A stretch of 64,000 nucleotides of DNA from positions 3,199-67,198 of the forward strand of contig CANQPA010000001.1 of NCBI GenBank assembly GCA_947625635.1. Reading direction: 5' to 3'. The notes below the pieces were generated by a model. The model was not told the origin of the DNA. It made no database searches and worked only from the letters and a program-made list of their open reading frames with translations. A program made the translations under genes and the position numbers. The DNA comes from an uncultured Bacilli bacterium. Its GTDB lineage: Bacteria > Bacillota_I > Bacilli_A > RF39 > UBA660. This document shows, one piece after another, positions 8,074 to 17,936 of this stretch; within the stretch, counting starts at the first letter, position 1; each line of letters begins with the position of its first letter.

Positions 8074-10260
8074 TTATTGTTCCTTGTCTTGATCTTTAAC
8101 AAGAACTTCACGAGGTTTTGAACCATTTTGAGGACCTACTATACCCCTTTCTTCAAGTAAATCTATGCACCTAGCAGCCCTATTATAGCCTAAACGGAAT
8201 CGCCTTTGCAAAAGAGATGCACTAGCTTTACCTTGTTCAATTACGAACTGTACTATATCATTATATAATGGTTCTTCATAATCATCTTTATTTTCTAACA
8301 TTGTAGTTGCTCCAGCTTCTTCAGTATCCATAAGTATTGTTTCATCATAATGTGCCTTTTGTTGATTACATACATAATCAACAATGGCCTTTGTTTCATC
8401 TTCAGAAATAAATGTGCCTTGAATACGTATAGGAACATTGGTTCCTTGTGGCAAAAATAACATATCACCTTTACCAAGTAACTTCTCAGCACCTACCATA
8501 TCTAAAATAGTTCTAGAGTCTATACCACTAGATACCGCAAAGGATATTCTTGATGGGATATTTGCTTTTACTACACCTGTAATTACGTCAGTAGATGGTC
8601 TTTGAGTTGCTACTATAAGATGTATCCCTGCAGCACGTGCCATTTGAGTAATACGCATGATAGAATCTTCCACTTCTTTAGCTGCAACCAACATAAGATC
8701 TGCAAGTTCGTCTATGATAACAATAATAAACGGCATATGCTTCTCTTGTTGATCGTATGGAAGCTTTTCATTTTTTTTATCTATGTAGGCATTGTAACTT
8801 TCTATATTTTTAGTTTTACTTTCTTCAAATACATCATATCGTCTTTCCATTTCTGCAACAATTCTTTTAAGGGCAACGTTAGCTCGTTTTGGGTCTGTTA
8901 CAACAGGTGCAAGCAAATGAGGTACCCCATTATATATTGAAAGTTCCACTTTTTTGGGATCAACTAAAACTAATTTAACTTCTTCAGGTTTAGCACGCAT
9001 TAATATAGAGGCTAATATACTATTAATGCAGACAGACTTACCACTTCCTGTTGATCCTGCAACCAGTAAATGTGGCGTTTTATTTATTTCCATCCACTGC
9101 GGATTACCCATTATATCTCTTCCAAGAACGGCAAGTAATTTAGAATTAGATTTACTCGATGGTATGCTTGATAAAACTTCTCGTACTGTTACCATAGAAA
9201 TATTTTTATTTGGAAGCTCTATTCCTATAGTATTTTTACCTGGAATCGGAGCTTGGATACGAACATCCTTGGCAGCCAAAGCCAACGCAATCTCCCTATT
9301 TAAACTGAGTATCTTACTTACTTTTGTTCCTGCCTTAATTTCAAGTTCATATTGGGTAACTGCTGGACCTACATGAGTGTCTACAACATGTGCTTCTATC
9401 CCAAAATCTTTTAATACTTGAATTAAAATTGGGATATTATTCTTTATAAGCATTTCATTTTCTTTATTATCTGTCTTTGTAGATTTATTTAATAAAGAAA
9501 TAGGTGGATATGTATATTTCTTATTATTCGTTGTTTCTATCTCGTTATCGCTACTATTAACTAAAACGACATCTTTATCCTCAGGTTCTTTTATATCTAA
9601 TTGCTCTTGCTCTTTAATGTTTTGATTTTTGTCTTTCTTTGGTAGGTGTACACTTTTTGCTACTTTCTTTACCTCAGCACCTGTCTTTGCACACAATTCA
9701 TATACAGAAAGTCCTGTATAAATAATTACTCCACATATAATTAGTGCTACACAAATAAATTTAGCACCATTCAATGTAAGCAAAGCAGTAAATATACTTA
9801 TAAAAATAGCACCAATTACTCCACCACCAGTTTCAGAAATCCAATTATTACCATCAACAATACTCTTTAAAACATTATCAATTGTTGTCTTAAGAACAAG
9901 TACTCCATCTTTTAGAATATTAAATTTATTGGGATTTATTCCTTCAGCACTTATATAAGTAGAATGTAAAAGTGTCAATATCCCTACAGCTATTACAAAT
10001 AAACCCACAGTCTTTCCATTTAATAGTTTTGGCATTTTTCTTCTTACTATTATGTAACTTCCAATAATTCCAATAAATATTAAAAATAACGCCCACAAAC
10101 TTCCAAACAAAAAACACGAAAAACCCTTAATAAAATCGGCAACTGGACCAAATGGGCATAAACCAATTATAGCAATTAAAACAAGAGCGATTCCCTTCAA
10201 TTCTATTATATATCCACTTTGTTCTGTATTCTCTTCTTTTCTCTTTTTCTTTTTTGCCAT
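8074..10260 (-). CDS. ftsK: DNA translocase FtsK/SpoIIIE family
   Basis: N-terminal TM helices, linker, motor domain (LLVAGSTGSGKSVCIN Walker A, IIVIIDELADL Walker B, VATQRPS) and a gamma wHTH (SASLLQRRFRLGYNRAARCIDLLE). Start placed at the ATG at 10260 (MAKKKKRK) after GGAGGTATTT. A TGATATAAT -10 lies at about 10292-10300. Confidence 0.9.
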   Translation of the reverse strand: MAKKKKRKEENTEQSGYIIELKGIALVLIAIIGLCPFGPVADFIKGFSCFLFGSLWALFLIFIGIIGSYIIVRRKMPKLLNGKTVGLFVIAVGILTLLHSTYISAEGINPNKFNILKDGVLVLKTTIDNVLKSIVDGNNWISETGGGVIGAIFISIFTALLTLNGAKFICVALIICGVIIYTGLSVYELCAKTGAEVKKVAKSVHLPKKDKNQNIKEQEQLDIKEPEDKDVVLVNSSDNEIETTNNKKYTYPPISLLNKSTKTDNKENEMLIKNNIPILIQVLKDFGIEAHVVDTHVGPAVTQYELEIKAGTKVSKILSLNREIALALAAKDVRIQAPIPGKNTIGIELPNKNISMVTVREVLSSIPSSKSNSKLLAVLGRDIMGNPQWMEINKTPHLLVAGSTGSGKSVCINSILASILMRAKPEEVKLVLVDPKKVELSIYNGVPHLLAPVVTDPKRANVALKRIVAEMERRYDVFEESKTKNIESYNAYIDKKNEKLPYDQQEKHMPFIIVIIDELADLMLVAAKEVEDSIMRITQMARAAGIHLIVATQRPSTDVITGVVKANIPSRISFAVSSGIDSRTILDMVGAEKLLGKGDMLFLPQGTNVPIRIQGTFISEDETKAIVDYVCNQQKAHYDETILMDTEEAGATTMLENKDDYEEPLYNDIVQFVIEQGKASASLLQRRFRLGYNRAARCIDLLEERGIVGPQNGSKPREVLVKDQDKEQ

Positions 10261-10661
10261 AAATACCTCCACAGCTTCTATAACTATCAATATTATATCA
10301 TACAATTTAGAAGAAAAAATAATATTTTATAATTTTTACTATAAAATTTTTGTAACTTTACTTATTAAGATTTTAATACATTAACTTATTTTACTTTATT
10401 CATAATAATTAATTTACATCTCTTATATTACTTATTAATATAAGACAAATTGACATAAAAATAACTTAAAAATTCTTAATAAATCTTTGCAAATTTAATT
10501 ATAATTAAAATTAATAATAATTTATTTTTATAATTATAGTATATAAACTTTAATTACCCATATATATATACTACTATTTTAAATTGGAAAATCCTTTTTA
10601 AATTTAAATATTTAATATTATATACATCAGGAAAATTATAAATATTATAATATTTTGAATA

Positions 10662-10688
10662 TAAAAAATTGCAATATTTGATGCAATT
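10662..10688 (-). terminator. intrinsic terminator after eno
   Basis: AATTGCA-N8-TGCAATT hairpin starting 1 nt after the stop, followed by a U-run on the minus strand. Confidence 0.6.
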
Positions 10689-11933
<1,245 letters not shown>

Positions 11934-12024
11934 TTATTTTTTTCAATAATGTGTTTATGATTCTTATAATTAATATATAATGTTTTTTTTACTCATTTTT
12001 AATCAAATTTTTACTAATACAAAA

Positions 12025-13371
12025 TTATTTTTCATTCATTAACTGGCTAACTACCTTTTTAAATGTATTGCCACGTTGTTCAAAATTGTCAAATTGATCC
12101 CAAGAAGCACATGCAGGACTCAATAAAATAGTATCTCCTTCATTCGATATGTTAAATGCGTATTTTGTCGCCTCTATTAAATCATTTAATACAGTACACT
12201 CAACATTATTTTTTAAAGCAAAATCTTTAATCCTATCTTTTGTTTCACCATAACATACTATATGAATTACATTTGTTAAATCATCACTCAATTCATCGAA
12301 TGAATGCCCCCTATCTAATCCTCCCATAATAAGTATTGTAGGCGTATTAAAAGCATTCAATGCTATTTCAGTTGATTTAACATTTGTTGCCTTTGAATCA
12401 TTATAAAATTCTCTTCCCATAATTTTATCAACAAACTCTATTCTATGTTCCACTCCAGCAAACTTATTTAATACAGATTTTATTTGCTCATTTGTTATTC
12501 CTATTTCTTTAGTCGCAATTATCGCACACATTATATTTTCATAATTATGCATACCCTTTACTCTTATATCATCTAAATCTATTATCTTTTCATCATTATA
12601 ATAAATTGCAGAATCACTTATATAAGCTTTAGAATCTTTATCTTCAATGTTGGAAAAATATAATTTATTGGATTTAATGTTTTTTGTAGCTTCGTACACA
12701 TCATTATTTGTTTTATTTAAAATAGCTATATCATTTTTTGTATGATTCATAAATATTCTTAATTTATTGTTTATATAATTTTTATAATCGCCAAAAAAAT
12801 CTATATGAACTGGAGTAAGATTAGTTAAAATGCTTATATTAGGTTTAAAATCATAACAGTCATGTAACTGCTGAGCAGAAATTTCAAGCACTATTATATC
12901 ATTTGGATTTATATCGTTAACAATTTGTGAGAAAGGATACCCTATATTGCCTCCCAAATGAGTTCTTTTTCCTGTAGCTTTAGCAAATTCATAACATAAA
13001 GTTGTAGTTGTTGTTTTACCATTAGAACCAGTTACCGCTATTATATATACATCCTTAGGTAAGAAATGATATGCTACTTCAACTTCATTAACAACTTTTA
13101 TACCTAAATCATTAGCTTTTAAAATCAAAGGATGATCATATCTTATTCCAGGATTTTTAATCACTAAATCAAAACTATCATCTAATAAGTCAATAGGATT
13201 TTCACTTTTTATAAATGATACACCCAAATTTTCTAATTCTTGAATATGATTCAAATCTTGATCTTTTTTGTCTGTAACTATTATTTTATTATTATGGTTA
13301 CTAAGTAATTTTGATACTTCATACCCACTTCTAGCCATGCCTAGCACAAATATTTTTTTATTTTCAAACAT
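12025..13371 (-). CDS. murD: UDP-N-acetylmuramoyl-L-alanine--D-glutamate ligase
   Basis: Rossmann N-terminus (VLGMARSG), Mur ligase P-loop (VTGSNGKTTTTTL), GVEHRIEFV and a C-terminal domain. Confidence 0.9.
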   Translation of the reverse strand: MFENKKIFVLGMARSGYEVSKLLSNHNNKIIVTDKKDQDLNHIQELENLGVSFIKSENPIDLLDDSFDLVIKNPGIRYDHPLILKANDLGIKVVNEVEVAYHFLPKDVYIIAVTGSNGKTTTTTLCYEFAKATGKRTHLGGNIGYPFSQIVNDINPNDIIVLEISAQQLHDCYDFKPNISILTNLTPVHIDFFGDYKNYINNKLRIFMNHTKNDIAILNKTNNDVYEATKNIKSNKLYFSNIEDKDSKAYISDSAIYYNDEKIIDLDDIRVKGMHNYENIMCAIIATKEIGITNEQIKSVLNKFAGVEHRIEFVDKIMGREFYNDSKATNVKSTEIALNAFNTPTILIMGGLDRGHSFDELSDDLTNVIHIVCYGETKDRIKDFALKNNVECTVLNDLIEATKYAFNISNEGDTILLSPACASWDQFDNFEQRGNTFKKVVSQLMNEK

Positions 13372-13391
13372 AATTTAATACCTCCATAAAA

Positions 13392-13850
13392 TTATATGTC
13401 ACACGTAGCACCTTTAGATTTGTAAAAATATTGTATCCCACTGGTTGTCAATTTGCCAGAAACAACATATTCACTGGATAAATACCCATCTAATATCATT
13501 TTTTTTAAATCAACATTTTCTATATTTATAACAGATGATATATTAATACTATCATTTATATATTCAATGTTATAGCTATACCCACCATATAAATCATTCA
13601 AGTTGCTGTACTCTAAATTTTTATATTCATTAAAATAATCTAAAGTAGATTTTTCTTCTGACTTATAAACATCATTCTTTTCTATTCTAGTAACATAATT
13701 ATTTTTATAATAGATTTTATAAACTGAATTTTGAGTATAATCTTCAACATCATTTTTTAAATTTATATTACAGGTAATATATTTTTCTTTTCCACAACCG
13801 GTAATTAAAAATACAACCAATAATAAAGACAAAGTTACTATTTTTTTCAT
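13392..13850 (-). CDS. lipoprotein, function unknown
   Basis: Signal peptide with lipobox (LVVFLITGCGK). No family recognised. Confidence 0.6.
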   Translation of the reverse strand: MKKIVTLSLLLVVFLITGCGKEKYITCNINLKNDVEDYTQNSVYKIYYKNNYVTRIEKNDVYKSEEKSTLDYFNEYKNLEYSNLNDLYGGYSYNIEYINDSINISSVINIENVDLKKMILDGYLSSEYVVSGKLTTSGIQYFYKSKGATCDI

Positions 13851-13965
13851 TTAATCACCCTATTTATTATATCACTTTTTATGTATAAATAAAATATTAG
13901 TTGTTTTTTTAATTAATATGATGTAAAAACTTATACATAATATAAACGTTAAATACAATGAATTG

Positions 13966-14003
13966 TAAAAAAATATTAGTCATACTTAGACTAATATTTT
14001 TTA
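13966..14003 (-). terminator. intrinsic terminator after the surface-protein gene
   Basis: AATATTAGTC-N6-GACTAATATT stem flanked by A-run and T-run, so it could act in both directions. Confidence 0.65.
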
Positions 14004-14045
14004 CTATCTTTACGAATTTTTATTAAACAATTATCTATTTCAATA

Positions 14046-15344
14046 TTATTTATTATAAGCTTTTTTTCTTGATACAACTACTAATACTGATATTAAAGCA
14101 GCTAAACTAACAACACCTAATCCAATATATAATCCTATATTATCAAGTGTATTAGGAGCATCAACAGTATCAGCTTTAACCTCAGATGCTTTAACATATA
14201 TTGTAGCGTTTTCTTCAAGTACTTCCTCTAAATTGAAAGCTTCTTTATATTCGTCATCTTTATAGTATCCTTCTATTTTGATATTATCTTCTAGCATACT
14301 TTCTTCAAATGTTTTTAATGCTGCTTTTAATATTTCATTTGCATTTTCTTTTGGTATAGTGAAAGTAACATCTCCACTTTCAGATCCATCATCTAAAACA
14401 AGTGTTACATATAAAATTTCTTCTGATGCAGGATAAACATCACCTTTTATAGTATTACCCGTAGACATTATAGTATTAGAAGCTTCAGTGTCTTCTCCAA
14501 GATTAAATACTACACTATTTGCATTTGTATTATCAAGTGTTGAATTTGAAATAATAAATGTGTTTGATGTTGATTTAGTATATTCACTTCCAATTAAAAT
14601 CAAATCTTCTTTATTATTACTTGTTGCATTAGTTACTATAGAATTTTCCTCAATAACTAAACTTGATTCAGTTTGATCTCCAAATACTACTGTTCCATAA
14701 TCATTATCAGCATTTGCTGGATATATATTATGTCCTGTAAGTGTTGATGATTTAACAGTTACACTATTTTCTCTAGCTGCAACTTTACCATTTGATACAT
14801 CTATTGCAGAATATCCGTGTATATCACTTCCAGTAACTCTTAAAGTATTGTTTGATCCTTTTACCCAAATACCATATTTAGCATTTATTGTTGTTCCAGT
14901 TACATCAATAGTTGTATTTCCATTAGCAAGAATTCCTACAGTAGAGTCTCCAAAATCAACGTTACTTTTATCGTTAAAGTAAATTTCACTATCACTAATA
15001 TCTAATGTTGCTCCATCTTCAACTGTTACTATAGTAGCCTCTCCATCAGTTGATTTTATTGTTACTCCTCTAATAGTTAGTTTTTTTCCAGCTGCAACAG
15101 TAATAGTACCTTCTATAATTGATCCGCCTTCTTCTGCACCTATAATCTTTACATCTTTATCGATTGTAATATCTTCAGTATATGTTCCTGCAGCAAGGTT
15201 TAGTGTAGAATCACCATCCCCTAGTTCACCTAGTTTAGTAGCTATACTATCACCACTATTAAGATCTAAAGCCTTAACATTAGTAAATGTAAGAGCTAAT
15301 AAAAGTGATAAAAACGCAAAAACCCCTAATTTAATTTTTTTCAT
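14046..15344 (-). CDS. cell-surface protein with parallel beta-helix-type repeats and a C-terminal anchor
   Basis: Start moved to the ATG at 15344 (GGAGGATTGTT SD). Signal peptide MKKIKLGVFAFLSLLLALTFTNVKA. Repetitive short beta-strand units follow (TIRGVTIKS, LDISDSEIYF, TIDVTGTTINA, LRVTGSDIHG, VTVKSSTLTG). C-terminus is DAPNT + hydrophobic helix + RKKAYNK tail. Confidence 0.7.
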   Translation of the reverse strand: MKKIKLGVFAFLSLLLALTFTNVKALDLNSGDSIATKLGELGDGDSTLNLAAGTYTEDITIDKDVKIIGAEEGGSIIEGTITVAAGKKLTIRGVTIKSTDGEATIVTVEDGATLDISDSEIYFNDKSNVDFGDSTVGILANGNTTIDVTGTTINAKYGIWVKGSNNTLRVTGSDIHGYSAIDVSNGKVAARENSVTVKSSTLTGHNIYPANADNDYGTVVFGDQTESSLVIEENSIVTNATSNNKEDLILIGSEYTKSTSNTFIISNSTLDNTNANSVVFNLGEDTEASNTIMSTGNTIKGDVYPASEEILYVTLVLDDGSESGDVTFTIPKENANEILKAALKTFEESMLEDNIKIEGYYKDDEYKEAFNLEEVLEENATIYVKASEVKADTVDAPNTLDNIGLYIGLGVVSLAALISVLVVVSRKKAYNK

Positions 15345-15371
15345 AACAATCCTCCTTATCATTACAATTAA

Positions 15372-15401
15372 ATTGTACCATACCCCCCCCCAGTCTGTCA
15401 A
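15372..15401 (-). promoter_or_regulatory. promoter P1: TTGACA - 18 nt (contains G9) - TGG-TACAAT
   Basis: Minus strand reads TTGACA GACT GGGGGGGGG TATGG TACAAT. The C9 run on the plus strand is at 15383-15391. The promoter is 27 nt upstream of the ATG at 15344. Confidence 0.65.
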
Positions 15402-15432
15402 TAGAAAAAATTTTTAAAAATTTTAGTTTACA

Positions 15433-15813
15433 CTAAAATTCACATATATTACCTCTTTGATAGTCTATTTTAAATTTACTAAATAAGAAACTTTCTTCTA
15501 TACTATAATTTTCTATAGTTATATTTTTTAATCTATCATAATAATATACACTACCATTACAAGATATTTTTTCATATTTATTCATAATATCGTCAAGTTC
15601 TTTTTTTACAATTTTTGCACCTCTTAATGTTTTAAATGTTGCAGAGTATGTGCAACACTCGCTTTCTACAACTGACATTTTTGGTACCTCAAGTTCTATA
15701 AGTGATGCTCCCATAAAAATTTTTTTACTTCCCATAGGAGCTAATTTTATAACTAATAAAGAAATTATTAGAACAAACAAAATTGAAATAACTATTATTA
15801 AATTCTTTTTCAT
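15433..15813 (-). CDS. small membrane-anchored or secreted protein, unknown function
   Basis: 126 aa with an N-terminal hydrophobic helix and several Cys. No family recognised. Confidence 0.45.
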   Translation of the reverse strand: MKKNLIIVISILFVLIISLLVIKLAPMGSKKIFMGASLIELEVPKMSVVESECCTYSATFKTLRGAKIVKKELDDIMNKYEKISCNGSVYYYDRLKNITIENYSIEESFLFSKFKIDYQRGNICEF

Positions 15814-15859
15814 ATCATCACCATATTTATTATATATCTATTTATAAAATTATACAATA

Positions 15860-16747
15860 TCATTTCCTTCTTGTTATTACATCATCACTTAAAATTTCAC
15901 CTATTAATAATGAACTTTCAGGATTGTGATTTTTATAATTGATATTTACTTTATCCTCATCGAAATTGGCATAACAATATCTGCAGAAGTGCTTGCAGGT
16001 GTTGTATGCTCCAATATCTACCATAGCTACACAATTGCAGTTTTTGTTATTTCTAGATGCCCACTTTTTAAAATCAGTTTTGCCTGTTAATTTAAAAGCT
16101 TGTTGTGCGCTCATACAATCCTCTTTTATAAATCCATACTCACTCAAATTTTCTTCTTCACTGCAAGTTTGAACTGTCATATTATTTTCTTTAGCGCTTT
16201 TACTAAAATTAATTCCAATCTTTTTGTAATCACCTTTTGATAATTTTTTAAGTTTTAAAATCTTTTCATTCTTTTTAACATTTTTATATTCATCTATAAA
16301 AGAAACTATTATATGTTTAACATAACCATTTAATTTTTTAGTCATACTGTCAAAAGCTTTTATGTGATAATCTATATTATATCTATCATTTAATAAAATT
16401 GGATCATATCTAACATATACATTTTCACTTCCTATTATATTAGATATTTTTTTTATTGCTTCAATTATATCTCCTTTAGGTGGTACAAAAGGCTCTATAT
16501 CTTTTTTATATGGAGTAAGAGTTATATGAAAAACTATTTTTTTATCTATATCTTTTAAATATGGAATTATAGGTATAGGATTTTTAGTACAGAATAAAAT
16601 TAAATCTACATCTTCAAAATATATTCTACTTACATTTTTAGGATAAAAAGGATTTCTTACATCTATGAAGCCATCTTTTAATCTATTTAAAAACCATGGC
16701 GTATAAAAAGCTACAATATCAGTTCTACCGCTAACGTTTAAAATCAT
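15860..16747 (-). CDS. DUF1848-family protein (Cys-cluster, probable Fe-S)
   Basis: N-terminus MILNVSGRTDIVAFYTPWFLNRLKDGFIDVRNPFYPKNVSRI...FCTKNP matches my recollection of DUF1848. C-terminus has CNCVAMVDIGAYNTCKHFCRYCYAN (CxC ... Cx3Cx2C). Confidence 0.65.
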   Translation of the reverse strand: MILNVSGRTDIVAFYTPWFLNRLKDGFIDVRNPFYPKNVSRIYFEDVDLILFCTKNPIPIIPYLKDIDKKIVFHITLTPYKKDIEPFVPPKGDIIEAIKKISNIIGSENVYVRYDPILLNDRYNIDYHIKAFDSMTKKLNGYVKHIIVSFIDEYKNVKKNEKILKLKKLSKGDYKKIGINFSKSAKENNMTVQTCSEEENLSEYGFIKEDCMSAQQAFKLTGKTDFKKWASRNNKNCNCVAMVDIGAYNTCKHFCRYCYANFDEDKVNINYKNHNPESSLLIGEILSDDVITRRK

Positions 16748-17096
16748 GGTACTCCCTTTCTATCCAAGTCATTATTATTTTGACTATATACTTAATCTCT
16801 TCATCTTTAAGTTCTTTATCTTTAGGTATTTTATGCCACTTAAATAAACACCCACGGCAACAAGTAGCTGTTGCATGCTCTGCTTTAAATACAGGATGTC
16901 CTTTGATAGGCGTTTGTTTTCCATCATTTTCTATATATTTAGGAGCTAATCTATCATTTATAAATTTTAAAGCGTGAGTTTTAATTTCATTTAATCCTTT
17001 TTTATCAATATAATCTATATCTTTTTTATCTAGATGAAAGCTACTTCTAAATTTTGATTTAGATAATCTATCCAACACTTTATTTACATAGTCCAC
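16731..17096 (-). CDS. DUF4186-family protein
   Basis: 121 aa with ...HPVFKAEHATATCCRGCLFKWHKIP..., the motif I associate with DUF4186. It overlaps the DUF1848 gene by 17 nt. Confidence 0.6.
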   Translation of the reverse strand: MDYVNKVLDRLSKSKFRSSFHLDKKDIDYIDKKGLNEIKTHALKFINDRLAPKYIENDGKQTPIKGHPVFKAEHATATCCRGCLFKWHKIPKDKELKDEEIKYIVKIIMTWIEREYHDFKR

Positions 17097-17170
17097 ATTA
17101 TCACCAAATTTATTATATCAGATATCTTTATTTAACAAAAGAAAAATGATATAATTATTAAGGTGATGGT

Positions 17171-17917
17171 ATGAAATTTAGTGAAATTTTAAAAGAAAAA
17201 CGTGATAATTTTGAGGTTATATTAGGATATAACGATAACGATAATTTAAAAATAAATATAAAGGATAATCCAAGTATTTTAATTACTGGATCTACTGGTA
17301 CAAGTAAATCTATTATGATGCATGAAATACTACTTGAATTGATAAATAAAAATCCTTGTGAAAAATTAAAAATAATACCAATCTCTCCAACTAGAGTTGA
17401 GTTAAAATGTTACGCAGAATCTAATTATAGTTATTGTAATGTTATGAGTAATAAAGATATAGCTATGAAAGTTATAGATGATTTAGTTGAAAAAAGAGAA
17501 AATTTGTTGATAGAAAATTATGCAAAAGATTTTGATTCATATAATAATATAGAAGGAATAGAAAAAATACCTTTTATCGTTATTGCTATTGATGAGGCTA
17601 GTGATATTTTATCTAGTGAGGAAGGAGATAAATTTTTAAATCGTCTAATTAGAAAATGTAAAAATTTAGGTATTGCAGTTATCATTAATACAAATAATGT
17701 TTATAATACTTTCTTTGATAATGATGATAATGAATTTGCTAATGTTAGAATTTCTTTTGATTTTACAACAAGAGAAGATGCTTTAATGAATAATATAGAA
17801 GATTCTCAAAATTTAGAATTAAGAAGTTTTTTGATAGAAATAGGTAGTGAAAGAATACCTAATAAATATAAGATTTTTGATTTTGATGATAAAATTATAG
17901 ATAAAATTTTAAATTAA
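17171..17917 (+). CDS. stand-alone FtsK-motor-like P-loop protein with degenerate catalytic motifs
   Basis: PSILITGSTGTSKSIMMHEILLELINKNPCEKLKIIPISPTRVELKCY aligns by eye with the window's own FtsK (PHLLVAGSTGSGKSVCINSILASILMRAKPEEVKLVLVDPKKVELSIY). Walker B is FIVIAIDEASD. There are no TM helices and no gamma domain. Confidence 0.7.
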   Translation: MKFSEILKEKRDNFEVILGYNDNDNLKINIKDNPSILITGSTGTSKSIMMHEILLELINKNPCEKLKIIPISPTRVELKCYAESNYSYCNVMSNKDIAMKVIDDLVEKRENLLIENYAKDFDSYNNIEGIEKIPFIVIAIDEASDILSSEEGDKFLNRLIRKCKNLGIAVIINTNNVYNTFFDNDDNEFANVRISFDFTTREDALMNNIEDSQNLELRSFLIEIGSERIPNKYKIFDFDDKIIDKILN

Positions 17918-17936
17918 AAAGACCATTTGGCCTTTT

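Noticed and set aside
10306-10661. An unusually long (about 360 bp), extremely AT-rich intergenic region between eno and ftsK. I examined it for an sRNA, riboswitch or small ORF. It contains a 9-bp palindrome, CTTATATTA-N5-TAATATAAG, at about 10422-10444.
   Set aside because: I found no recognisable conserved RNA motif, no SD-led ORF and no terminator-flanked unit. Only promoter-like A/T hexamers are present, including the TGATATAAT for ftsK at about 10292-10300. I cannot exclude an sRNA without expression data.
15345-15401. The ORF track's N-terminal extension (TTG at 15401, MTDWGGVWYNLIVMIRRIV...) would put the G9 tract inside coding sequence, making it a frameshift-type phase switch.
   Set aside because: The TTG is the first triplet of a perfect TTGACA -35 and has no SD. 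A strong SD (GGAGG) and a canonical signal peptide begin at the ATG at 15344. The identical tract at 27528-27536 is clearly non-coding. The promoter-spacer reading is therefore preferred.
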